Below the pieces are notes generated by a model. The model saw nothing but the letters and a program-made list of their open reading frames with translations. It did no database searches and was not told the DNA's origin. Shown here one piece after another: positions 18,693 to 32,889 of a DNA stretch of 64,000 nt. The DNA is from the human T2T-CHM13v2.0 reference genome, Homo sapiens: the NCBI RefSeq assembly GCF_009914755.1, contig NC_060930.1. One strand, 5' to 3'. The translations under genes were made by a program, and so were the position numbers. Numbering within the stretch: the first letter of the stretch is position 1; every line of letters starts with the position of its first letter.

Positions 18693-21265
18693 CACACATG
18701 TAAAAAATTTGAATTAAGCCCTATTTTTGGTTCACAAGTCTTGCTTCTTCCAGAATTTTTCTGTACATGTCTCTCAAGCAGACAAGTACCTCGGCTTTTC
18801 AGAAGCATGTGTGATCCTGAAGAGATTTGAAAATACGGACTCCTGGTGCTTTATGCAAGGCTATAAAAAAGCTCCAATTTTCAATTATGATTGGGTAAAA
18901 TATTTCTCAGTTATATAATATTTTTCTTGATATTAATTCTGCAATTTTCTTTTCAGATTTTCTAGACTGTAATAACGTTCCACTGATATATAATAATTCT
19001 ATAGTTGGGAAAATGACTAATCGCATGAAAAAGAAAGGGTACTGTGAGACCATCACTTGACAAAAAAATCGATCATAGTCTGCCTCAACTTGAGAGGCAC
19101 AGTCTTTATAAGATATTTAATTCGTCATAGTACATTGCCTGCAGGAGTGTTACACAGAAGTCCAACCAGTGTTTTCCATGGGGTTTCACCCTAGATCTGA
19201 TGAATCATAATTTATCGGATGAAGCACAATAACATATGTTTATATGTTCTTTTTAATACCTCTCTTATATTTTACTTATGTATGTATTTTTCTGTCCTTA
19301 GGTTTAGGGGATACGTGTACAGATGTTACCCTCAGCAGTGTATAAGCGAGAACACAGGTTCGTAACAATTCCGATTGGTAACTATCATGCAACCAGCTAA
19401 ATTCCAGGTAAACATATGAGAATCAAAATACCAAAACTTTAAAATTCAAACAAACAAACAAACAAACAAGCAAATGGAAATCTGTTTCCTGCAAAGTATG
19501 AAATATTTTAAATTTTTCTATCCAATTTCTTCAAAAAACCAAGATGGATCTCTTCTTAAACCTATACCTCTTCAAAAATTGGCCATATTGAAATTAACCT
19601 TAGAAAATGTGTGTCTCACTATCTCTCCCCTCTAAACACACACACACCCACACACACACACACAAAAGCATATAAAGAAAACATACTTGTGTCTTATTAT
19701 GCACAGGATAATTGCTAATGTAATAGGCAATTATATTCAGAAATGATTTGCATATTCACAATGTAAAAATGCTGTTATGCTGTGGATATGCAATGAATAA
19801 TTAATCAGTTACACTTGAAACAATACCTATGAAACACACACTGGTGTTTAGCAATAATCATGAAAGAATCATTGCAAATATGTATGTGAAATAGATTACA
19901 AATCTATCATTAAAATTGATTCAGCAATTTAAGATATTTGATTTCCACCTACCAAATTATTAAAGAGATAAACTTTACTAGGTAACCCATGGTTTTGGTT
20001 GTAGATCATATGATAAAAAGGATAAATTATAGATTTGAAAAGATCATGAATATTATGTATTTCAATATCATACTTAGTTTTATAAGTAATATAAGTAAAC
20101 AATAGTTATGATGTTTAGATATAATTTACATCCTCCCTTTTTCCCTACTCCATAAAATATATTTGAGAAAACATACAATCAAACATTAATGCAAATAAAG
20201 TCATTGATAAAAATAGAGATCACAAGAGCAATTCCCTGAAGATAGGGAGAATAATAGAAATGGTTATGAAAGCATTGCAACCAAGTTAGAACAGTTACTG
20301 AGCTTGGAAAGAAACATTTAACTTTGAACTTTTTAGCAACTATATCGAAATTGGAAATGTAAGGGATTGTATCATTCTCATTCTCTAGAAAGAAGAACAT
20401 CATCGTTTTATCTGGAAAGAAAAACTGCTAGAACTAAACGCAAGAGGAATTGTTTTTTGTAACATAACGTGGTATTTCAACATAAGTTTTTTTTTAAAAA
20501 AAAAGATGCTAAGATCTCTTGATATAATTTTATTTTACATTTCTAATATCCTACTAATGGTTAGCTTTAATGATTGTAAAACTTTCAAAAATGCAGTCAA
20601 ATCAGTAAATTTTATTATAATTTTCTTTTCAAAATTTATAATTGATACCTTAATTTCTCATATTACAAATATTTAAAGAATAAAAAAATGAAGGCAAATA
20701 TTATCTCCAATCTAAGCCTAATAATAGTCATTATTCAGCCTTGTCATCACCCTGATCATTTTTTCTTGACTCTAGGCTCTGTTTGTCAGTATCAGCTCTT
20801 AAAATGACAACCAAATCCTGCTCAATAATTCAAATATAGTTTCTAGTCAATCTTTGTCCTTCATGTCTTTGAACATATTCCCTATATTTCATAATCACCC
20901 ACATTGTGTGTCCCACTTCCCAAAGCATAAGTTCAAACAAACAAAGAAACAAACAAGCATGTCTAGATTATCTTGGAGTTTAGGTATATGTGTGTGACTC
21001 AGATTCTAGATATCACAGTGAGAGAACTGGATTTAAAAGGGAGCAACCTGTGGAGGCAATTGAATAAGGGGGATGTCATCTCCAGACAAGTGTCATGTGT
21101 AGGTATTTCCTGAAACAAGCAGTAAAGAACTTGTGACATCCAGCCCTGAGTCTTATAAGACTTGGTAGTTCTGAGTTTCTGCTACAGCAGCTGCTGTGAT
21201 ATGTGGGTTAGATGTGATTCCTATCTGTAAAGCTACAGAATCTGAGTTATGGCACTCATGGAGAC

Positions 21266-21605
21266 TGTCTTAATTCAGCCTGCTATAACAAAGTACCATA
21301 TACTAGGTGGCCTATACACAACAGAAATTATTTCTCACAGTTCTAGACACTGGAAAATTGAGATGAGGGTGCCAGGATGGTGGGGATCTGGTGAGGGTCC
21401 TCTTCCTCTTCCAAGTTTCAGACTGCTCACTTCTCGTGCATCTTCACATGGCAGACCGAGGGCAAGCTAGTCTCTGACCTCTTCTTACAAGTACAATGCT
21501 AATCATGAGGGTGGAGTCTTCATGACCTAATTACCTCCCAAAGACCCTACCTCCAAATATCCTTACATTGTGGGTTAGAGGGAAAGAAATATTCAATTCA
21601 TAACT
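21266..21605 (-). mobile_element. MLT1A/MSTD-type MaLR LTR (3' LTR of chimeric element)
   Basis: TGTCTTAATTCAGCCTGCTATAACAAAGTACCATA... terminus; preceded by GAGAC (21261-21265). Confidence 0.8.
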
Positions 21606-22773
21606 TTCTATTCTTCCCCCCAAATTCATGTCATTCTCACATGCAAAATATATTCAACTTAACAGCCCCAAAAGTTAACTTACACTAGCATCACCTCTAA
21701 AGTTTAAAATGCAAAGTCTTACCTAAATATCATCTAAATTAGATATAGGTGCAACTTGAAAGCCAATTCATCCTGAGGCAAAATTTCTCTCCAGCTGTGA
21801 ATTTTTGAAACCAAACAAATTGTGTGCATCCAAGCTACAATAGTAGGACAGGCATAAGATAAACATTCTCATTCCAAAAGGGAGAAATAGGAAAGAAGGA
21901 AGGGGTGATGGGTCTCAAGCAAGTTCAAAACCTAGCAAGGAAACTCCAGGTGATCTTAAGGCTCAAGGATAATTCTCTTTGGCTAGATGCTCTTCCTTCT
22001 GATTCCACTGGGGTAGGTGTCCTGCCTTCCAGAATTATTGGATCAGGAGTTACATCTTTATTGCTTTGGGTGGCCCTACCCTCACAGTTTGGGGCAGCCC
22101 CTCTGCTCATGGTTTTGAGTGAAGGCCATTTGTACTGTTGAAAGCAACGTGAAGTCCCCAACACCAACACAAAATACATCCTAACTGTTCTCGCTTAACA
22201 CACTTTCTCATTTTTTTTGTGATATGGATAGGCTGAGAATTTTCTCAATATTTAATTTCTAGTTCTTTTTTTCTTAATAATTTGGTCTTCAAGTCATTTA
22301 TCTCATCACACATTTTACTATGAAAAGTCAGAAAGAAGCAAGCACTTCTTCAACATTTTGCTGAGAAGTTTCTTCAATTAAATATTAATTTTATTGATTG
22401 CAACCCCTACCTTCCACAAAACAACTAGAACATAAATAAAATTCAGCAAAGTTCTTTGCTAGTTTATAACACAGATCACTTCTGCTCCATTGTCCAATAA
22501 CATGTTTCTCGTTTTCACCTGAGACCATAATGGCAGCCATAATGCAGTGTTCTATATATGATTTATGTATTATTTAAGAAAACAGAAACTTTCTCTACCT
22601 CTCTTCTCTTTCTGAGCCCTCACCAGAATTGTCTTTAAAAGTCTCTTCACAAGAGTCTTAGCTTCTTCTAGCATATACTTCTTTCAGCTTCTATCCATTA
22701 TCCAGTTCTAAAATTGCTTTCACATTTTTAGGTACTTATCATAACAACATCCCACCGTCTCGATACCAAAATC
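21606..22773 (-). mobile_element. MaLR internal region
   Basis: Minus strand starts GATTTTGGTATCGAGACGGTGGGATGTTGTTATGATAAGTACCTAAAAATGTGAAAGC (MaLR-int leader) and ends in the polypurine tract CATGAATTTGGGGGGAAGAATAGAA. Confidence 0.8.
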
Positions 22774-22808
22774 TGTTTTAGGATTCTCCAGAGAAACAGA
22801 ATCAATAG

Positions 22809-22856
<48 letters not shown>

Positions 22857-23612
22857 GATTTATTATAAGAAATTGGCTCACAGGAAGCTGGAAGTTGAGA
22901 AATTCCACAATCTGCTGTCTGCCAATTGGAGACCCAGAAAAGTTGGTGGCATAATTTGAAGTTCTGAGACCCAGAGAGTCAATGATGGTTCCAGTCTGGG
23001 TATGAAGGCATGAGAACCAGAAGCACTCATGGCAAAAGATCAATGTCTCAGCTCACACAGTAGGGAAGAGGGCAAATTCAACCTTCCTCCAACTTTTTAT
23101 TCTATTCAAGCTCTCAACAAATTGGATGGTGCCCAACCACACTGGGGAGGGCCACATGCTTTACTCAGCCCACCAATTCAAATGCTAATCTCTTCCAGAA
23201 ACATCCTTAAAGACATACCCAGAAATAATGTTTAACCAGCTATCTGGGAATCCAGTGGCCCAGTCAAGTTTTTAATTTTTTTTATTATTTTTTATTTTTT
23301 TAGTTGGAGTCTTGCTCTGTCACTCAGGCTGTAGTACAGTGGTATGATCTCGGCTCACTACATCCTATGCCCCCTGGGTTCAAGAAATTCTCCTGCCTCA
23401 ATCTCCCTCGTAGCTGGGATTACAGGAGTGCACTACCACATCCAGCTAATTTTTTGTATTTTTAGTAGAGACTGCATTTCACCACGTTGGCCAGGCTAGT
23501 CTTGAACTCCTGACGTCAAGCGATCCACCTGCCTCAGCCTCCCAAAGTGCTGGAATTGCAGGCGTGAGCCACTGCACCCAGCACCAGTCAAAACATAAAA
23601 TTCACCATCACA
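22774..23612 (-). mobile_element. MLT2 (ERV-L) LTR with (TA)n and nested Alu
   Basis: Minus-strand termini TGTGATGGTGAATTTTATG ... TCTGTTTCTCTGGAGAATCCTAAAACA; followed by GAGAC (23613-23617). Confidence 0.85.
23269..23583 (-). mobile_element. AluS
   Basis: Reverse Alu with poly(T) head; TSD CCAGTCAA. Confidence 0.9.
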
Positions 23613-23629
23613 GAGACCATGAGCTCTAC

Positions 23630-24360
23630 CTTCAGCCAGTTGAAGGATAAAATCCTGAATTTGATTTTCAGCATTCTTAGTCCTATGTCTACAGGAGGTA
23701 AAGTTCTCAGCATACATACAGCTTTCAGATTGTGTACATGCGCTTAAACTGGTAATTCAAATTCCTGAGCTCATCCTTTTCTTTTCCCAGTCTGTCTAGC
23801 AACATTAGGAAAAATCAGCCAATTACTTTATATTTCTAAATTTGAGACAAATATTCAAAAGTATCATATACTCAGTCACTGAGATCTTTGCTTCTTATAA
23901 GTGGTTGGTTAGGAGTACCCAATGGTGACTATTTATTTATCTCTATTGCCAGATCATGCCATGGGCAATCAGTGCTCTTTGAACTGCTGAAAATAGTGTC
24001 ATTATGAGAGGAGAGTGTTCCCCTGACTTTGACCCCCTTGACCTTGACCTTGTCCCTTCATGAGCAGGAACCGAAGGGGCTCATTTCATTCAGCCTGCAG
24101 TCCATGGATGGCTAAGAGTTAACAGCTCACTAAAGAGTGACTTAGGGCCAAGATTCCAGGTTTGAGGGTAGAGTTTAGCCAGGAGCCCAGCCATTCTGCA
24201 TCAATCAGAATCTAAATCTAATCATGTTCCAGAGTCAATTCCAAAAACCCCAGAACCATTTCTGAACAAACTCATCTTTAAAAATCTCTTCCTTTTGAAC
24301 CATTCTCAGTATCAAAATCTGTATTAGTTATGGAAACAGAACTATTAGGATATACATTAA
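23630..24360 (-). mobile_element. ERV-L internal 5' (leader/gag) fragment plus tail of a 5' LTR
   Basis: Minus strand GATTTTGATACTGAGAATGGTTC... at 24319 resembles the ERVL-int start; gag-like AAAGGATGAGCTCAGG. Confidence 0.6.
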
Positions 24361-24619
24361 TCCATTCATGTATTATAATTATTACATATATATAAATGTC
24401 ATTCTTAACACAGTAATGAATACATTAATGTTATATTGAACAAATTTAAAACTCATTCTCACGGATAAGTAGAATCAGCATTCAAAATATCTTGACATTA
24501 AAAAGTATAACATATCTAAAAATAACTTTATGCATAAATATATTGGCATGAGCGGCCTTAATCTCCCACAGATGAATAAGATTAAGATTAGGATGATAGG
24601 GCCTACCATAAGCATGTGT

Positions 24620-24989
24620 GCGATCAAGTTTAATTTATAAATTAGTCACAGTGCTCTTGCATTTTGGGGCCTTTATTAAGTAATGTAAACGTTACTTGAA
24701 CATAAACACTGCAATAACCGTAACAGTCAATTTAATAATCAGGATGGCTAATTGAATAATATGTGATACACTGGATAAAAAAAGATTCATGTCATAAGAG
24801 GGAGGGAGAAAGATGATGTGAGATTTCATCATGCTACTCCTAATGGCACATAATTTAAAATATCTGAATGGTTTATTTCTGGAATTTTCCATTTAATATT
24901 TTGGACAGTAGTCAACTACTTTGACTATACAGTTACCACAGGTAACTGAAACCATGGAAAGTGAAACTACAGATAAGTGGAGACTACTG
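24620..24989. mobile_element. MER44/Tigger7-type DNA transposon
   Basis: GGTAACTGAAACCATGGAAAGTGAAACTACAGATAAGTGGAGACTACTG terminus. Confidence 0.7.
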
Positions 24990-25076
24990 GACTGTTAGTC
25001 TTTCCACCAGCATTCCACAAGTGACTCCACAGCCTTTTACCAGTGTAACTCTGCATTAAGGGAAGGGAAACAATCA

Positions 25077-25616
25077 TGAGATAGAAACTTAAAAATAAAT
25101 ATGCATTCATTCACTCTAAGGAAAGTAACAGGCAAGGCAAGGGTTACAAAGAAAAGAACAAACTTTACTCTACCTAGCAAGCTCACTTCAAGGACAATTA
25201 TAAGGTAACACTCTCCGGAAAGGCAAGGCCAAAGAAATGGGCTCCAGACACCCCCAATCCAGAGCAAGGTTGAAGGGGAAAAAAAGAGAAAGACAAATTA
25301 TTTCCCTGGTTTCTTAAGCATGATTATGTTTTACAAATGTCTGTATTTAGCCAGTTCTTGTTTTCCTTGCAATGCAGCTACAAGGTCACCAGCTATGCAA
25401 GGCCACAAGTTATGTTATGCTATACGTTACGTGACATATCACCGTATGATTAACTGCTTTTGTTTTGCTTCTGTAGGTCTGCTTATAAAAACCCCACTCT
25501 GTCTTTGTTCAAGGTTCAGCTTTTTGTATGCGAATCCACTGAGCCAGTGCGTACCTAAAATAAACAATCCTCCTGTTCTCCATATTGGTCTCTCCTGTCC
25601 TCAGTTTCCCGCAACA
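25077..25616 (+). mobile_element. ERV1-class solo LTR (LTR10-like) inserted in ERV-L
   Basis: TG...CA termini (TGAGATAG...CCCGCAACA); 4-bp TSD ATCA at 25073-25076 and 25617-25620; TATAAA and AATAAA inside. Subfamily uncertain. Confidence 0.75.
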
Positions 25617-28600
25617 ATCAGACCTTTTAAGGACTACTGGACACTGTCCCTGAACCCATACTAACTTCAGGAGACATAAAACATCACTGGTGTCTACCAG
25701 TTAGAACTGGGGCTTATGGAGGTCAGGTGAGCAGTGGAGTTTTTACACAGGTTCAAATCACAAGGGGCCCAGTGAGTCCCCAGACACACCCTGTGGTTAC
25801 TTCCCCAGTTCTGGAATGCACAATAGGAATATACATACTCAGCAGCTGACTTGTGGAGTGAAGATTGTTATGGTAGAAAAGGACAAGTGGAAGCCACTAG
25901 AACTATCTCTAACCAGGAAAACTGTAAACCAAAAGCAATATAGTATTTATAAAAAGATTGCAGAGGTTAGTTCTATCATGAAGAATTGAAAAATGCAGGG
26001 GTGGTGATTTCCATCTTATCTCAATTCAACTCCTCTATTTGATCTGTGCAGAAGACAGATGGATCTTGGAGAATGACAGTGGATTATCAAAATCTTAACC
26101 AGGTGGTAATCCCAATTGCAGCTGCTGTACAAGATGTAGCTTTATTGCTTGAGCAAATTAGCACATCTCCTTGTCCCTAGTATACAGCTATTGATCTAGC
26201 AAACTGTTTTCTTCATTCTTATTCATAAGGACCACCAGAAGTAGTTTGTTTTCAGCTGGCACTACCAGAAGTATACTTTTTCTGTTTTACCTCAGGGTTA
26301 TAAAAATTCTTCAGGCCATTGTCATAATTTGGTTCACAGGGATCTTTATTACCTTTACTTTCTATAAGATATCATGCTGGTTCATTACACTGATAACATT
26401 ATGTTAATTAGACCAAGTGAGCAAGAAGTAGCAACTACTCTGGACCAATTGGTAAGACATTTACATATCAGAGGGTATAAATCCAACAGAAAATCAGGGG
26501 ACTTCTAACTCAGTAACATTTCTAGGGGTCCATAGGTCCTGTCAAGATATCATTTCTGAGTTGAAGGATAAGTTGCTGCATCTGGTTCCTCCTACAGCCA
26601 AAAAAAAAGGAGAGAGAGAGAGAGAGAGAGAGACAATACCTAGTGGCCTCTTTAGATTTTAGAGCTAAAATATTCTTTATTTGGGTATTCCCATTTACCT
26701 AGTGATCTGAAAAGCTGCTAGTTTGAGTGGGACCCATAATAAGGGAGGGTTTTAGGGGAGGTCCAGATTGCTGTGCAAGCTACTCTGTCCCTTGGGTTGT
26801 ATGATCCAGTAGATCCAATGGTGCTCAAAACGGCAGTGACAGGCATTCTGTTTGGAGCCTTTGATAGGTTCCTATAGGTAAATCATAGTACAGGCCCTTA
26901 GGAACAAAATCTTGCCATCCGCTGTGGCTAACTATGCTCCTTTTGAGAAACAGCTGTTGGTATGTTACTGGACCTTAGTCGGAACTGAATTTTCACATGG
27001 GTGATAATTCAACCATGTGACCTGAGTTTCCCATAATGAATTAGATGTTATTAACCCACCAAGTCACAACATTGTACCTTACATAGCAGCACTTCATCAT
27101 CAAATGGAAATTTTATGTATGTGATTGGGCTTGAGAAGGCCCTGAAGGCACAAGTAAGTTACATAAAGTGGCCCAAATGCCCATGGTTGCCACTTCTGCC
27201 ACACTGTCTTCTCTCTTTGAGCCTGCATCTATGGCTTCATAAGGAGTTCCCTAGGATGACATGAAAAGGAAAGAAGACTTAGGCCAGGTTGTTCCCTGTG
27301 CTTGGAAGAAGAAATGGCCAAAAGGGCAATCATATATGGATTCATGGGCTGTTTCTGTAGCCAATGGTTTGACTGGATGATCTCAGACTTGAAAAGGATA
27401 TAAATTGGAAATTTGGGAAAGAAGTTTGTAGATAGACCTGGCTCCAAATATGGCACCATTCCCCAGGGTGATCAGCCAGCTAGCTACCTGGTGGCAGATT
27501 GGTTACTTGAAACATTGTCATCACAGAAGGGGCATCATTTTGTTTTTAATAAAATAGAAAATCACTCTGGATATGATTTGCCTTCTGTGCATGCACTGCT
27601 TCTGTCAAAACTACTATCCATGCACTTACCAAATACCTTATCACCATCATGGTATTCCACATAACACTGCTTCTAATAAAAAAACAAAACAAACAAACAA
27701 ACAAACAAACAAGAAAACCTCATTTCATGGCAAATGAAGTGATGCATTGGGCCCATGCTCATAGATTTCCCTGGTCTTACCATGTTTCCCACTATTCTGA
27801 GATGACTGGTTTGATAAAACAGTAGAAGAGTTTTCCGAAAGCTCAGTTATAGTGCCAGTGAGGTGATAATATCTCACAAGAGGGAACAAGGTTCTTTAGA
27901 AGGCTGTATATGCTCTAAATCAGTGTCCATAGATGAGTTATTTCTCCCATTGCCAGAACTCATGGTCCAGGATAGGAAGAGTAGAAATAGAAGTAGCACC
28001 ATTATTCCTAGTGACCCACTAAAAAATTATTGCTTTTTGTTTCTGAAACCTTATGCTCTGCTAACCTAGAGATCTTAGTTACAAAGAGGGAAGTGCTTCC
28101 ACCCAGAAAAGAAAAAAAAAAAGATTCCTGACACTTAGTTAAGACTGCCACTGGGTCACTTAGAACTCCTCATGCCTCAGGATCAACAGGCAAAGAAGAG
28201 TTACTACACTGCCTGTAGTTACTGACTCTGACTACTAGAGTAGATTGGTCTACTGTTTTACAACAGAGGTAAGGAAGGCTATATCTGGAATAAAGATCAT
28301 TGAAAGCATTTCTTGGTATTACAATGCTCTTTGATGAAGGTCAAAGGAAAACAGAAAACAACTGAATCCAGTCAAGACTACTAATGGCTAAGTTTCTTCA
28401 AGAATAAACATCTAGGTCACCCAAGATCAGCTGAGGTAGTTAATGAAGCCAAAAGAAATACAGATTGGGTAGTAGAAGAAGCAGGGATTTATCCTAGGTC
28501 ACAGCCAGCTGTGACCATGTGACTAGTTACAGAAAAAGATAACTGTAATTGACATGAGCATTTCCTTCTTATTTTGGTATAAATATGTGCATGTTTGTAT

Positions 28601-28689
28601 AAAATATTTTTTATTGTCTCTCTTATTTCCTGGTCATGTAACATAAGACATATAACAAAGTATTGAAGTATTGTTAATTTTACATCATG

Positions 28690-29369
<680 letters not shown>

Positions 29370-29574
29370 TCATAGTAATTAAGTTATGGGATATGAAGAA
29401 AAGCAAATGTCACTCAATGACTTTACCTCCTTTTTAGAGCAGGTGGTGATACATTTTCCACTGTACACAAGATAGATGTATCAAGTTAGGAGATTCAGAC
29501 CTAGCTATTGTCTTCATTTGGAGATTGAGTATGAAAGAGATGCATATGGGTGGTTAAGTTAACAAGGGATGGAC

Positions 29575-30233
29575 TTACAATGTTTATTTGTCAATTTTAC
29601 TGGGCCACATGGTACTCAGATATTTGCTTAAACATTGTGGGTGTTTCTATAACACCTGGATAAGGAGGGATTCCTTCTGTCTGACTACCTTTTAGCTGGG
29701 ACACCAGGTTGTTTTCTTTTCTTTTCCTTTTCTTTTCTTTTCTTTTCTTTTCTTTTCTTTTCTTTTCTTTTCTTTTCTTTTCTTTTTTTCTGCCTTCCGT
29801 CTTAAACTGAAAGATTGGCTCCTGGGTCTAGAGCCTGTTGGCCTGTGGACTGGAATTATAGCTTTGGCTGTCTTGGATCTCAGGCCTTTGGACTGGGAGT
29901 GTTATGGCATTGGCTCTTCTGGTGTAGACTGCAGATCTGGCTGCTTGTTAACCTGCATAATCATGTGGGTCAATTCCTTATAATAAATCTCTTTCCATAT
30001 ATATTCTATATATATATTTATAGAAATTTATATATATTCTATAGAAATCTATATATATATAGATTCTATATATTCTATATATAGAATCTATATATATATA
30101 GATTCTATATATTCTATATATAGAATCTATATATTCTATATATAGAATATATATTATATATATTTTATAGAAATGTATTTTTTATATATATATATCTCCT
30201 ATTGGTTCTGTTTCTCTGGAGAACCCTAATACA
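29575..30233 (+). mobile_element. MLT2 LTR (3' LTR of ERV-L) containing (TTTTC)n and AT-rich repeats
   Basis: Ends TGGTTCTGTTTCTCTGGAGAACCCTAATACA; follows PPT-like AAGGGATGGAC. Confidence 0.8.
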
Positions 30234-30694
30234 GCAGCTCATATCTATATATTACATTATTCAAAAATTATTTTTTCTAATAATGCCATTCTTTTGCTGC
30301 AATCTTTTTGGATATTGACTCTACTTTTTATTTCTGAGGATCAATTTCAAGGTTATTCAGTGTGGCATAAATGTATTCACCCCAGTTACTGATAGGGTTT
30401 TGTTTTTAATTTGAATTAAACACAAGGCCCAAGTCAGAGGAGTTTACTTTGTCATGCTCACTATTGTATATAATTTATCATTTGTTGCTGACTCTTCTAG
30501 TCAATTCATAATTGTTTCTATTGTGCCAGATGACATGAGATTGTACAACAGTTCTGTGAAATATACTACATTTACTACCACTCAGCCATTGAGTTTTATT
30601 CAAATAGTATCTGAGTCTCAGATGTCATGATTAACTCTTGGTCAGTCATGGCTCTAAGAGGGTCCTATGAGGTGTTACATAATATGATACCTGT

Positions 30695-31006
30695 GGCCCA
30701 GCCCGGTGGCTCCTGCTTGTAATCCCAGCACTTTGGGAGGCCAAGGTGGGCAGATCACCTGAGGTCAGGAGTTTGAGAACAGGCTGGCCACCATGGCTAA
30801 ACTCCATCTCTACTAAAAATACAAAAATATTAGTTGGATGTGGTGGCATCCTGTAGTCCTAGCTAATCAGGAGGCTGAGGTGAGAGGATCGCTTGAACCC
30901 AGGTAGTGGAGGTTGACAATGAGCCAAGATCACGCCACTGCACTTCACCCTGGGCGACAGAGTGAGGCTCTGGCTCTATAAAAAAAAAAAATAATAACAA
31001 ATAACA
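30695..31006 (+). mobile_element. AluS
   Basis: TSD AATATG(A/G)TACCTGT at 30681-30694 and 31007-31020. Confidence 0.9.
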
Positions 31007-31059
31007 AATATGGTACCTGTTTACCTCAAGATGTCTGTGCTTAGGGCTCTCTCTTCCTG

Positions 31060-31462
31060 CAACTTTCTTTCTCCCTGACTTTCTCATAGTTATTTCCCTT
31101 ATTTTTTCTAGATCTCTGCTTAAATGTCATTTCCTTAGAGTTCTCCCTTTGCTATCAATCTAAAATAGCTTTCTACTCACCATATCATCTTCTCCTATTG
31201 CCTCACTTTATTTTCCTTTGTAGCAAGTGATAACATTAGGCAACATACCACACTTTCCCTAACTTATATTTTTCAGTCTTCTCCAGTAAAATTTTAGCTT
31301 CCCAAAAGAAGACAGGCTTTTTCTTTGTTCATCTGTGTTTTCTTCTTTTTTTTCCCTAGCCATTCCCCCAAAATAGTTGCATGTCTGACAAGCAGTAAGT
31401 ATAACAACTGATAATATTCTGTTGGGTGAATATATGAATGACTAAATGAGTGAATAAATAAA
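31060..31462 (+). mobile_element. L2 3' end
   Basis: CTCTGCTTAAATGTCATTTCCTTAGAG... and GAATGA-type tail. Confidence 0.55.
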
Positions 31463-32492
31463 CTTTTATTTTAAGTACTCATCAAGCATCCTTTAAATAA
31501 TTCTGGCATCATGTTAAAATCAACATAAATCCTTCCCATTTTTTTAAATGTAGACTTACATAAACCTTTCTTATGTGACATCTTGATTGTTTACATCTTG
31601 CTAAAGATTTTGTAAAAAGACAACGTGTTCATTCTTTTCCCAACATGATTTCAATTCTATAATTTTGACATTCACCAGCCCAGAAAATACAGGAGTTCCT
31701 CAGATTATTTAATTTTCCTAGGAGACAATCTCTGAATAATGAATACCTCAGGAAAGGAGGCTTTCCTAGAGCATTTTCAGTATCACTTGGAAATAGACCC
31801 AGGATAGCAACCACTTATTTTTTTGTGGTATCCTCTTATAAAGTCACTTAATAAAGTACTGGATAAAAGAAGTAGATTTATATTATTTCTGCTCTTCTCA
31901 GAGGAGCTTTATTTTAGACTTAACTGACTTCCCCTACCTACTAAACAGCATCTCTAAAATAATGTTACTAATTTCCAGTTTGTTAGCCACTCTTCCAATC
32001 CACAAACAATGACTCATTAGTCAACAGAACATCCCTTCACTCAGCCCCTCCCTCCATTCTGCCATCGACGCCACCTCCAGCACTGTACAACTACTGAGTG
32101 TTCTCACTAGGAAATGCGTTTATTCTCAAAAACAAATGTCTGTATCAGACATGTTGGGTGAATTATAACTTTAGTTTTTATGTAGTAAGTATATTTTCAA
32201 GATATAATAGCTAATTAGAGGCACTTGGAAATTATTAATAGTGAAGTTACCTATTTGAGCACCCTGACGTTTCACATAGAATGCTAGTTTCAAGCTATAC
32301 TAAGAAATTAATGCTGTATAATTTATATCATAAATATCTGTAGCTGTAATTTTTTCTTATGAATTTAGGTTTAATAAATATTTGTAAGTTACTTTTACAT
32401 GATTTCATTTTTTTAATTCGGTCTGTGGGGGATATAATTTTCACATACTTGTAATGTAAAATTACAATTTCCAGTGCTATTTTATGATATTA

Positions 32493-32889
<397 letters not shown>

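Noticed and set aside
32066-32085. CTCF-like motif GCTGGAGGTGGCG (minus strand)
   Set aside because: Mismatches at core positions; unsupported without ChIP data.
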